From contig OZ199838.1 in the NCBI GenBank assembly GCA_964304625.1, forward strand, positions 9,815,741 through 9,879,740: a stretch of DNA of 64,000 nt, written 5' to 3'. The first letter of the stretch is position 1. Each line of letters starts with the position of its first letter. A program made the position numbers and the translations under genes. The notes under the pieces were generated by a model. That model was not told the DNA's origin and made no database searches. It saw only the letters and a program-made list of their open reading frames with translations. Origin of the DNA: Kudoa neothunni (taxonomy: Eukaryota > Animalia > Cnidaria). Shown here piece by piece: positions 11,397 through 22,058 of the stretch.

Positions 11397-13580
11397 TTAA
11401 CATTCAGGAAGCTCATAAACATAAACAGTGTTTTCCAATCGTTGATAAACCAGAATGAAATCAAGGGCACAATGTAACTCTGTATTTGACGCATCTTTAG
11501 CAATAAAGCTTGGTGTATAGTTCATGAAATAGTCATGTGAAAAGGAGGGGTCTAGAGACAGTTGAGGGAGTCCATTAAGACAAAATTTCAACACTCCAAT
11601 ACGACCACTGTCACATTTGATGGCATGGACCGCGATGAATGTTTTTTCAGGCGGATGTTTAAGATTGGTTGGTATCGGATTGGATATAAGAGCAGTGGTT
11701 AGTATTTGAATGTTTTTGTTTGGAATCAAACGTCCGTAGACATCGTCGAAGGAAAAGGTAGAACCATCCAAGCCATATCCATATCCCGTAGTATTGAGTG
11801 ACTTATAGTAAAATGAATTTACCGACGTATCCAGAATAGTCAATGAGAGAAAGCTATCAGTTGTCAAACAGCCTTTGACTTTATGTACTGTAGGCTCGAC
11901 GACACTGTGGTTGAAAACAAACATATTTTCACTGACAATCTGATTTAGGTAGTTTGAGAGATTGTGAAATGAACTTTTTAACCCTGAAAGATCTACCTTT
12001 TGATTTAAAACACAATCAGAAGGGTTATTAACAAAATTGACAATCATAGGCATTTGTATTGCCAAAAATTTGATAAAATATTCCATTTGGTCACTATTAT
12101 CACCAATAGGACCATAGCATAGATTGCTATGTAGAGAATAAAATTTCCTAGTTTGGGTTAATCCTAACCTCGTAACGTACTCTTCGAACCACGCATAGAG
12201 GAGCTCAATACCGTTGATAATTTGTTCCTTTTGCTGATTTTGGAAAATTGTATATGATTGAGTTAATGCTTTTTTGACTTCCAACTCAAAAAGATTGAAT
12301 TCAGAATGTATTTTATCTGTGTGTTTCGTCTCACAAATTACTGAATCCTCAGCCATTTTCACCACAAGGAGAAATCTCAGATTGTGAATATTGACTATAA
12401 GAAGCTCTAATAGTTGTTGTAATTTGGAAAGATAATTCCAATATTTTTTGATGCTCGGTAGGTCATCAATTAAACGATCTATCAATTTAATGCTGACAAT
12501 TCTCTTAACATAAATAGACATTTCTTCAGGTGCAGACCCATAAACAAGTGTTTCTATAAGAGGTGAGACGAATCCAGATGGAAAATATGACATAAAATCT
12601 CTTATCAAATCAAAGAATTCAATATCCAACAACGAATCCAATGAAACGTTCACTTTTTCCATTTCAGCAACAATCGCGTGTAATGTACACAAATAATATC
12701 CATATTTGAATAACAGGTCTCCAATAAAAGATGGGTAAGGGGGTTTAGGGCACCAACTGAGGTTTTTTAAAACGCCGAACGTTATCAACTCATTAGAGCC
12801 AGTACCATGAGTGCAGCTCGAATTTACCACACAGTTGCAAAAACTTTCGTTCAAACACACACTATGAATCACCATATCGCTAAAGTTGTTTGGTGCGAAA
12901 TTCAACAAGTCAACCGTAATTATCAAAGCGTAAGCATTCACATAAAAATTAATTTGTTTTTTAGTAACCAGGACCAACATTGTCGGTGGTTGTTTTTCAT
13001 CGATCAATGGCACAATTCGATTATCAGGTGATATTTTGCTGTAATGAAAACATGACATTGTCGTATCGTGGCATGAATCAAGAAGAGCTCGTAACTCATC
13101 TACACTATGCTTCGGTCGAGATAACGCTTCCAAAATTTGAGTGTTATTCAAATTAGCAAAATCCACATTAACCGGAAAAATGTCCGCTTCACTCTTATAT
13201 TCAATCCATGTGCTGCATTGATATTCGCTATCAAGGTGGATATTATGGGGAATATTTTCTTGATCCATGGTGGAAATAATTCGAAAAATTATATTGTTCA
13301 AATATGTGCCTCCAGTGGCTTTGAGCACTATACCCAAGTATTTACTGTTGGGTCCAAATACAATGTCGATTGGAGTGAAATTTCTAACGCGATAATTCCA
13401 CAGCTTAACAACATCAGAAGTGTACAAAGTCACTGTTGCATTTTTGTGAATAATTGCAATCAATTTTAATTTTGACGAGATAAAAAATTTTGGATCATCA
13501 TTTAATATTGCAATTTGACCGAGCAGCTTGGTGGTGATTATCTCCGGCTGAGAAGACAAATCATTCTCACTTTTAATCAT
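11397..13580 (-). CDS. ANAPC4: anaphase-promoting complex subunit 4-like, highly divergent, intronless (727 aa)
   Basis: The N-terminal segment KLIAIIHKNATVTLYTSDVVKLWNY...IDIVFGPNSKYLGI resembles the APC4 WD40-like start (DLIALA...VLLHRL...VWS...LAWRPDGKLLA). TMLVLVTKKQINFYVNAY and LIETLVYGSAPEEM align by eye with APC4 NILVLGG...IELYAYG and FMHLLLWGKASAEL. The length is comparable. Confidence 0.65.
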   Translation of the reverse strand: MIKSENDLSSQPEIITTKLLGQIAILNDDPKFFISSKLKLIAIIHKNATVTLYTSDVVKLWNYRVRNFTPIDIVFGPNSKYLGIVLKATGGTYLNNIIFRIISTMDQENIPHNIHLDSEYQCSTWIEYKSEADIFPVNVDFANLNNTQILEALSRPKHSVDELRALLDSCHDTTMSCFHYSKISPDNRIVPLIDEKQPPTMLVLVTKKQINFYVNAYALIITVDLLNFAPNNFSDMVIHSVCLNESFCNCVVNSSCTHGTGSNELITFGVLKNLSWCPKPPYPSFIGDLLFKYGYYLCTLHAIVAEMEKVNVSLDSLLDIEFFDLIRDFMSYFPSGFVSPLIETLVYGSAPEEMSIYVKRIVSIKLIDRLIDDLPSIKKYWNYLSKLQQLLELLIVNIHNLRFLLVVKMAEDSVICETKHTDKIHSEFNLFELEVKKALTQSYTIFQNQQKEQIINGIELLYAWFEEYVTRLGLTQTRKFYSLHSNLCYGPIGDNSDQMEYFIKFLAIQMPMIVNFVNNPSDCVLNQKVDLSGLKSSFHNLSNYLNQIVSENMFVFNHSVVEPTVHKVKGCLTTDSFLSLTILDTSVNSFYYKSLNTTGYGYGLDGSTFSFDDVYGRLIPNKNIQILTTALISNPIPTNLKHPPEKTFIAVHAIKCDSGRIGVLKFCLNGLPQLSLDPSFSHDYFMNYTPSFIAKDASNTELHCALDFILVYQRLENTVYVYELPEC

Positions 13581-13797
13581 GGGTTCTTCCTAAAAATTCA
13601 TTTATTTGTGATATACCGCGAAAACCATATCGATCTTATATACTTTCATATTAGATACAGAATAATAAAATTTGTTTAATATAAATAAAATTCTATCCGA
13701 TCACTGCTTTCCGAGGTATCACCACAATCAAATCCAACTATTTGAAACTGGGTAGCAAAATTAATGCGGCCTTGCGTACGCAATTGGTCGTTTTACC
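13581..13797. promoter_or_regulatory. bidirectional promoter between the APC4-like gene and cyclophilin E
   Basis: The divergent ATGs are separated by 217 bp. There is an E2F-like CGCGAAAA at 13617-13624 and a palindrome TTGCGTACGCAA at 13772-13783. Confidence 0.55.
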
Positions 13798-14697
13798 ATG
13801 TTGGCCAGTAAAAAATGTATATATGTTGGGGGTCTACCTGACAACGTTGATACTAACACTCTGAGAAATATTTTTACTGCATTCGGTGATATTACAGATT
13901 TACAAATGCCCTTAGAAGTACTTACTGGAAAACATAAGGGCTACGCTTTTATTGAATTCAAAGAAAATGAGGATGCCGATGATGCAATTGATAATATGCA
14001 CGAATCTGAAATATATGGGAAAACAATAAGGGTAACACCGGCCAAAGGAAGAACGTCAGAAGGAGAAATGATCAGTTCCAGTCGCCCTGTTTGGGAAAGT
14101 GATGAATGGCTGAAACAGTTTGCTGGAAAAACGTTGATTGGAGCTGACGATCAAACCAGCACAACAGATAACGCTGATGTACCACATCAAAATTTCTCCA
14201 CCGAAAAAGAGACTGTATTCATGGACATCAGCATCGATGGCCAATATTCTGGCAGAATGGTGTTCGAACTGAGAAATGATGTTGTGCCAAAGACGGCGTT
14301 CAACTTTAGACGTCTCTGTGAACAAACTCGTGGCAATGGTTACAAACAATGTGGTTTCCATAGAGTTATTCCAGGGTTCATGGCTCAAAGTGGAGATTTC
14401 ACTAAACACAACGGAACCGGTGGAAAATCTGTATTTGGCGAAAAATTCAACGATGAAAATTTTCTACTAAAACATACCAATGTTGGTGATCTCTCCATGG
14501 CAAATTCTGGACCTAATACTAATGGATCTCAATTCTTTATCACTTTCAAAAAGACAGACTGGCTCGACGATAAGCATGTGGTTTTTGGGCATCTCAAGTC
14601 TGGAGTCGAAACCCTGAAAAAAATTGAAGCCGTTGGTACGCAAAAAGGCAAGCCACTGAAACGAGTCATCATTGAGGATTGTGGACAATTGTTGTAG
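13798..14697 (+). CDS. PPIE: peptidyl-prolyl cis-trans isomerase E (cyclophilin E / Cyp33): RRM plus cyclophilin domain, intronless
   Basis: RRM with RNP2 IYVGGL and RNP1 KGYAFIEF, the PPIE linker [12 protein letters not shown], and cyclophilin motifs [11 protein letters not shown] and [15 protein letters not shown]. At 299 aa it has typical PPIE length. Confidence 0.95.
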   Translation: MLASKKCIYVGGLPDNVDTNTLRNIFTAFGDITDLQMPLEVLTGKHKGYAFIEFKENEDADDAIDNMHESEIYGKTIRVTPAKGRTSEGEMISSSRPVWESDEWLKQFAGKTLIGADDQTSTTDNADVPHQNFSTEKETVFMDISIDGQYSGRMVFELRNDVVPKTAFNFRRLCEQTRGNGYKQCGFHRVIPGFMAQSGDFTKHNGTGGKSVFGEKFNDENFLLKHTNVGDLSMANSGPNTNGSQFFITFKKTDWLDDKHVVFGHLKSGVETLKKIEAVGTQKGKPLKRVIIEDCGQLL

Positions 14698-15086
14698 AAT
14701 TATTGTATTTGTGTATGTTTTTTAGTATGTTTTAAGACTTGTTTTTATTTATGTAATTTATCCGGTGTATATCGATGTCTTATGTTGCCAGTGTACAACT
14801 AAGCTCTATTATAGCTAACTTAAAATGCATCTTTTTTTTTTGTTTGGTTATAATATAATTGAATGAGGATATGATACTTTTATTATTATTAATATTATAT
14901 CAAAACAACAAATTTAAATATTTTTTTTGTAATTTCTGATGAACTACTTATCTAAATCTATCCTCCGGATATGACCACACATCCGATATACGCTAATTAA
15001 GCATAAATTATCCTAACTAACGCATTTTTTAAAATTCTAAAAATATTTATTTTATCCTTTGAATATATTTAACCTACTGTTTTAAC

Positions 15087-16000
15087 CTTTTGAACCCCAA
15101 TGTTGCCCAATGGCAACATTTTAATTACATTTTTTAAATATATCTTTATCATAATAATAGATTTAAGGTTTATTTTATAAAAATGAATTATAAAAACTTG
15201 TATGTTTTATATCAAGAGCAATATAGATAAATATCAAACTCTACGGTAAATATAAAAAAGGTTAAAAGTATCATGCAATTGAGCTTAGAATTTAAAGGTT
15301 TCAGTAAAATTAAAAAATATACGAATATACTATTAAATAAGTTTATTCTAAAAATGAACCTAAACAGAAAATATGTTTTGATATGTATACTATAGGGACA
15401 GATTAATCCTTGTTGTCACACGGCAACGTTCAACCCTCAATTTAAGTGTGTTTATATTCTTTTGAATGGATCCTGACTAGATTGGAGGGGGGGGGGGGGG
15501 AGGAATAAACAAAACAGGCTTTTAAAAAAATCATATTATCACCATATGGGCACATATCAGATGTTGGACTGGAATCGGATTCCATTTTGTATAGTCAATA
15601 TTATGGTATTGTATCCGAATACAGTTTTAGTGATGGCAGTAAGGTGACTATCGTTTAAATTAGACATCGAATGCAAAAAATTAAATAAATAATGATATTG
15701 AAACAACTAGTATTTTTGAACAAGTTGAAGATATTATATTCGGATGTTTTACTTATTTCAACCGATTCTTCAATGATAGATTATTTGAACATATTTGCAT
15801 TAAGTGTAATGTCCATTTGTGCCTCAATAAAAACAGAAACTGCTTTGTGGACTATCGAAATTGTAATAAATAATTTAATATTTCATTTCTTATGGTAGAA
15901 GAGTAATTTCATGGTTAAAAATAAAATACAAAAAAACAAACTCATGCGCGCTCCCGCATATTGAAATAAACCGCGTCCCAATGTTGCCATTTGGCACCGT
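15087..16000. mobile_element. non-autonomous element remnant, possibly piggyBac-derived
   Basis: Begins TTAA|CCTTTTGAACCCC. The palindromic motif TGTTGCCnnnnGGCAAC recurs near 15101, 15411 and 15982. The right end is not defined. Confidence 0.35.
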
Positions 16001-16329
16001 GTGTGTATCTTTTTAATTTTTGAAATGATTGCTCCAATTTTTGGATATTTTATATAAAATTATTTAAAATTAAACATAATAAGCAAACAAATTTTTTTCA
16101 TTCCCTGAATTAAATTCGGTAAATCTCCCACTCATTATCAAATTGCGCATATATGCCAAAATATAAACTTCTCATTAATATATCTATATTTATTAAATTC
16201 CAATTAAAAATAACATAGTTTAACTTAATTATAATTTTTCCCTAGTACTCACTTTAAAACGCTGAATGATTTACATATCAAGATATAGAGAGGGCCCCTA
16301 TTTTAGGGCTCGTCGGATTTTACAAAGTA

Positions 16330-16756
16330 TAGTACAACCTCGGAATTCGACTATAACCCGTTCTAGAAGTGTGCTCCGACTCCGAATAATTTTACCCATG
16401 CTAAATAATGAAAATTAATTTAATCCTTTACCGCGCATCAAATAAATGATTATTATTCTTATTCTTATTTATGAAAAAATGCAAGTCTTGTGTTTATAAA
16501 ATATAACAAATAAATACAAAATATAATAATAAAAATGAGATAAAGGATAAATATTTGTTGGTTGTCGTAAGATAGACTATAAAGTTCATCTTTCGATGAC
16601 GGTTTCACATTGTGATTTAACGACTCTTTTTCTAGAATTTATTTTCTTCTCTGTTTTTGCTCCAACTGGATTTGTTCTGAATACCCTTTCTATATGTGTT
16701 TGAACTCAAAAGTGTTTCTGACTCCAAATTTTGGGTCGAATTCCGAAGTTGCATTG
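16330..16756. mobile_element. Tigger/pogo-type MITE
   Basis: Inverted termini TAGTACAACCTCGGAATTCGAC and GTCGAATTCCGAAGTTGCATTG, with TA on the left flank. Confidence 0.55.
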
Positions 16757-17423
16757 CACTTTACATAAACCACTGAATGTAGCTTTATAAAGCTTCTCTC
16801 GTGTGCTTTAAAATTATACTTTTTAAGCCATACATGGTTTAAATTAAAAAATCAAACATAAATAATCATTGAATATATTATTATATACAATACTTAATTC
16901 AAAATAGAATTTTTGTTTTAATTTATATAATTTTTATATCAAATATGAAGTATTCTTTAGTTTCAATGAAGATTACAGTCAGTGACCGATTTAATACGTT
17001 CTTAAATCGTTCACTTTGCATAGATTAATATAAAGTAGATATGTAATATTTTTTTAATATATTTGTTCAGAAATTTCGATCGAAATAATTTATTAAGATT
17101 AACAAATTTCCCACATTAATAATCACGTGATTTGTCGGTTGCATGCACTTTTACTTGATAAATTTTTGGGAGAAATGGATAGAGCAACTTTAATTGTAAA
17201 CAAAATTTAACTCAATAACAATGAGATTAAAAAATACAACGATATAATTGAGCATCATCCATCAATTACACGCCAAATTTCCTACTATAAAGCACTTTAA
17301 CATATTCCACATATCTAACCCTAATCAGATCTTAATAAACTAGATTGAAATTATTAAAATATAAAAACAAAACCATTTATTTGTCATATCTCCTTATTTT
17401 ATTCAACGAAATTAAAACAATGT

Positions 17424-18700
17424 TTAATTCTTGACGAAAAATTTGATCAAGTTCGTGGCATTAAGGGAAGATATACGACAGCGTTTCCCTATGGAGGGTT
17501 CTGGAAGCGATTCTAGGAGGTTGAGGAAAACATGTTGGTGAGGGCGACGATTATTTTTGAGATTACCTAAATTAAATTTAAAAAAATAATATATTTAGAA
17601 ATAAATAAAAGAATACGTCCTGTGGAATTTTTCTTGATCTTTATTTCATCATTAACTATAATTAAACGAAAAGAGTCAATAAAAAACATTTATTTGACAA
17701 AATGTCTTCATAAATTTTAATAAAATCATAATTCAAACAAAACCGGAAAATTGTGCCATCTCATGTTTTCCCAATAACCCATAACTCATATTTTTCATTA
17801 GATATGACAAATAAAACATTACTGAAGTTAATGAAGTTTTCAATATGGTTAGTTCTGATAAATAAGCATATATACACAGGTTTAGAAATTGTTTAAATCC
17901 AGTAAGTAATCATTATCTCTCGCTGTCAAGAAAAGCGTCACTTTGACGCTAATATCAATAAAAAAGAACAAAAAAATATTTGACTCTTATTACAAATTTA
18001 TAATTTATATTGTGTTGTTTTTACTTGTTATTAACACTTTTATTTATAATAAATGCATCTTTTATTAAGACATAAGTGACGCTTAACGCAAGATTAGTCA
18101 ATAATTATGCTCAAAATCCATTTTTTGGTTAGTTTTAGGTATAGAGGTACATAGCCATCTTCGTGCGTAGTAATGGGTGTAAAACTCAAAACCAATAATG
18201 AATAATGAAGCGTTGCCTTATTGTATATAGATCGGCAAATTATTTTCTCTCTATCAATATAGAAAACACAAAATTTTGATCTAATAAATATCTCAGTTTC
18301 TTGGTACCGAATAGACATTCATTCGTAAAAATGGTATTAGTTTCTCATTGATATTAAGATTTTGCTTACTATTGTCAAATAATGTAAGAGTCTGCAGCGT
18401 AGAGTTTGCGAAAAAATCAATGATCAGTTATATATTTTGTTGAACCACACAAGGATTTTCTCTCCATTTTTGCAAGTGCTAAAAACGTTGCTTACAGGTT
18501 CTTTTGATCTTTAATAACATCAATGAATGTGCCTTATACTGTCAAGCTCCTACGGTTGCATCTCAATAAGAAAAAATTCGTACGGATGTACCTTTCGCAA
18601 GAACACAAATCGATGGTTGCCAAGCCTGGGAATCTCGTCTTCATTTATAATGTTCAAAAAAATTCAGTCTAATGGCTGATTGTTCTGTAAACGATAGCTC
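17424..18700 (-). other. putative spliced gene or pseudogene of unknown function
   Basis: Exons 17424-17566, 17617-17655 and 17744 onward join in frame through GT-AG introns (...EMAQFSVNDEIKIKKNSTGRNLKNNRRPHQHVFLNLLESLPEPSIGKRCRISSLNATNLIKFFVKN*). Further exon-like pieces up to about 18700 would need indels. Confidence 0.3.
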
Positions 18701-18987
18701 TCTTATTTACGAGTTATTTTTATAGAATAGTATTTCCTTACAAAAATATAATTGGGCTCCCCTATATTAGAAAATGCATGCCGAAGATTTGTTATTTCGT
18801 CTTCAAAATCAAGATACACTTATCAAGTGAATTTATTGAATAAAAACGATTTCACAACATTAGTTTAGATGTAATGCTCATACACCAAACTCGGGTGGTG
18901 GATGGTGACTCAGCTAATCCTTCGCTGATTGTCACACAGTAAGCATCTTTCAGCAGCAGCTGCGCACATCTTTTGTTTTTTGGGATA

Positions 18988-19581
18988 ATGTTGTTACTTT
19001 TAACCTTGTTGTTAGCTGTGAACGAAGTTAGAAACGTCGAAGTTGGTGATAGTTTGTTCAAAGATGGGCATTTAGATATTCCCTACAAAAATGTTACCAT
19101 CACAATGAAAGTCTCAATAGGTGACCACTACACCGGCACAATGAAATTTCTATTGAGAGGCGATATTGTACCGAAAACCGTTATCAACTTTGTGCAGCTG
19201 TGTACTCATGAACAGGGATTCGGATTCAAGAAAAGCACATTCCATCGGGTGATTCCTGGATTCATGGCTCAAGGTGGCGATTTTACCAATCACAACGGAA
19301 GTGGTGGAAAATCGATCTATGGTGCAAGATTCAAGGATGAAAATTTTATTCTGAGACACACCACCGGTGGGGTTTTGTCGATGGCCAACGCCGGTCCCGA
19401 CACGAACGGATCCCAATTTTTTATAACCTTTGTGACAACGCCTTGGTTGGATGACAGGCATGTAGTTTTTGGTAACCTGGTTGAAGGTGAGGATGTATTG
19501 AAAAAAATCGAATCCTACGGATCAGCCAGTGGAAAAACCACCGAAAAAATAATTTTTGAAGATTGTTCCATGGACCAATAG
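18988..19581 (+). CDS. cyclophilin-type PPIase with a predicted signal peptide; catalytic domain is PPIE-like
   Basis: ATG 18988 gives [13 protein letters not shown]. The cyclophilin motifs are intact: [40 protein letters not shown]. Confidence 0.9.
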   Translation: MLLLLTLLLAVNEVRNVEVGDSLFKDGHLDIPYKNVTITMKVSIGDHYTGTMKFLLRGDIVPKTVINFVQLCTHEQGFGFKKSTFHRVIPGFMAQGGDFTNHNGSGGKSIYGARFKDENFILRHTTGGVLSMANAGPDTNGSQFFITFVTTPWLDDRHVVFGNLVEGEDVLKKIESYGSASGKTTEKIIFEDCSMDQ

Positions 19582-20173
19582 TTAACCGAACTATCTGTTT
19601 GGTAGTTTTAACTTTCTGTCCTAAAAATTGGCATAGTGTTTGTTTTTTGCCTATTTATTTAATAAAGGTGTATTTTTTTATTTTGGTCGGTTTTTGTTAT
19701 TGTTGATAATAAACAAATATTAAATGGATTGTTTATGTTGTCCATCTGGCGATTAGAGCATTTATGATAATTTATCTGAAAGAAAGGTATAATTACATCC
19801 AAATTTGCGCTCACAGTTATTATTTTTTGCAGTCAGTGTTTGGATTGATTGGAGAATCTCAACCTTTAAAAATCCAATTGCATCTGATGTGACCGTTCCT
19901 CTTTGTATAAAAAGAGTATACTTTATATGGTTATAGGTAAACAGGTGACAATTAGAACTCTATAGACTAATTATCATAACAAATACTGTATAAAATGTAG
20001 TAAGTTTATTAGGTTCATTTGAGACAGAAAGGGAGCCATGGTAGCAAAAATTAACCAAATCAGAGGGTTGAAAAACAGCTAAAAGCGGACATGGATACGA
20101 TTAAAGTTATTAGACCTACAATTAGTATATTCTGGCTGAAAAATAGAAGCAGACTCTATAAAAAAATTTTCCG

Positions 20174-20956
20174 ATGAATTATGGTCAGTTATTGGTAATT
20201 GTGCTGGAAGCCGAAATTTATTATATTTTAATCGTACTCCCATTTCGAAAAGTGGATTGTCCATCAATAGAGAATCATTCAAAACTTGGTCAAATGAAGT
20301 CATTGAGGAAATTATCCACTGACAAAGTGTCCCATTCAAAGTTGTATGATATGCTTGGAAAATTGCCTCTAAACTATATTGTGTATCCAACAATGCCCTA
20401 CTTTATAAACCCGCTTGATAAAAAAAATCTTACAAAGAAGGCGAGGAACTTTTATCGCGCCGAGATGGAAAGCCAATATTGTCAGTCAACTCAATATGAA
20501 CCCTCTTTTATGTTTCTAAAAATGTGTCATCAACTATTCAATATAAACATCAGAAATAAAAGAACCAGTGCTTGTAACGGGATATTACCGATTGAAAAAA
20601 TGGATGTATTCGTGGATGAAATTGCATGTTCACTCAAAGATATTCATTCTCTCCTGTTGGCAATCAACTTCAATCTATCCAACACCAATTATGACAGACA
20701 AGAAATGCTAAACAAAAAACTAACCACTTGCCCAATAACCTACCACTGGATAGACTATGGAGCCAACCAAATCCCTCGCTATATTTTGCAAGGTTTCTGC
20801 GATAGAGTCATATTTAACCACACCAAATGTGTACCTTGTCAAACTCACAAGTATTACGTCAAGAGATGGTTCTGTAAGTCCACAAATGTAGATAGTTGTT
20901 CTTGGTTTACTTCCATCCATCATTTGTTGATCAGATGCACTCCCATCAATACATAA
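20174..20956 (+). CDS. noggin-like cystine-knot protein (divergent)
   Basis: The C-terminus CPITYHWIDYGANQIPRYILQGFC...C.PC...KRWFC...CSWF...C parallels noggin [24 protein letters not shown]...RWRC...CGWI...C. The N-terminus is hydrophobic. Confidence 0.75.
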   Translation: MNYGQLLVIVLEAEIYYILIVLPFRKVDCPSIENHSKLGQMKSLRKLSTDKVSHSKLYDMLGKLPLNYIVYPTMPYFINPLDKKNLTKKARNFYRAEMESQYCQSTQYEPSFMFLKMCHQLFNINIRNKRTSACNGILPIEKMDVFVDEIACSLKDIHSLLLAINFNLSNTNYDRQEMLNKKLTTCPITYHWIDYGANQIPRYILQGFCDRVIFNHTKCVPCQTHKYYVKRWFCKSTNVDSCSWFTSIHHLLIRCTPINT

Positions 20957-22058
20957 CAAAACCCTAATATGATCTAGTGTGTAGCTTTATAATGGTGTAG
21001 TGTTTGTGTCATGTTTTTAAAATTGGTATGTCGCAGAGTTTGATATTGAATTATTAAACTAAATAACGAATTTTATATTAATTGACCTATACTGCATCAA
21101 TTGTTAATTTCTAAATTAATGGAATTTGTTTATTTTCCTACAATGATTACTTTTTAGAAGGATAATACAGTAGGTAGTCAACGGTATGCAATCTCATTAA
21201 TACGCTGTATTCATAGTTTATATCAAGTGTTAAATTTTAGATATTTTTTATGATTATAATAATTTAATGTTTTCCAGTATGTTTTATTAATCCTCGGAAG
21301 ACGGAACTCGAAAAACTTACGCGTGTGCCGGAGGGGCAACCTAAGGTACACCAGAGATTGTTCAACTTAATTCGCTCGAAGGGACAAAAAATTTGTATAT
21401 GTGGTTATTACTTAATTTAAAATAAAAGTAACCGCCTACAATATAAAAATATTTAAACCAGCTAGGAAATAAATAAAAGCAATTCGTGGTCATCACTTTT
21501 AAGAAAAAAAGCGAGAATAAACAGGAAATTCCTCTAAAATATAGGTTATGTTTGTATAAAGCTATTAAGTAACTATTCGAAAGCTCAATGTTGATATTCA
21601 TGTGGATTTGTCATCTGAAAGGAACAACCGACAAAACCAGCCACAACAAAGATATCCGAAAATTTTCGTTAACCTCATTTTGCGATCGTGATATTCATAA
21701 GCAGCGATATTTCCTTCCCTTTAAACAACCACCAGTTTTGTTATAATTTTTATTCTATGGTAAAAATAATGGCTGATGTGAAAAGGAAAACCCGGCTGGA
21801 ACAAAACTAAATATTAATCGACCTATACTTTCAAAATTAATATACTATTAAGATCGTTCGTGTCTTACAATAATCTCAGCATAATTTGCAAACATGTCGA
21901 ATTCTTCTGGTAGAAAATAAAATCAAAACTTAGTCATACTCTTATTCCTTTTATTCATTTAAAAAATTAAATTTACAATAAATATAGGAGATTCAAAGGC
22001 CTTTAAACACTAAATACTATTTGTTTGGTTTTGAAAAAGTAGTCTATAATATTATAAC

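Noticed and set aside
12807-14688. Antisense and alternative-frame ORFs over APC4-like and PPIE (also those over the second cyclophilin, noggin-like and mL37)
   Set aside because: Shadow ORFs of real genes with no recognisable motifs.
15484-15503. Poly-G tract (possible G-quadruplex)
   Set aside because: A simple homopolymer inside a repeat remnant, with no evidence of function and unreliable length.
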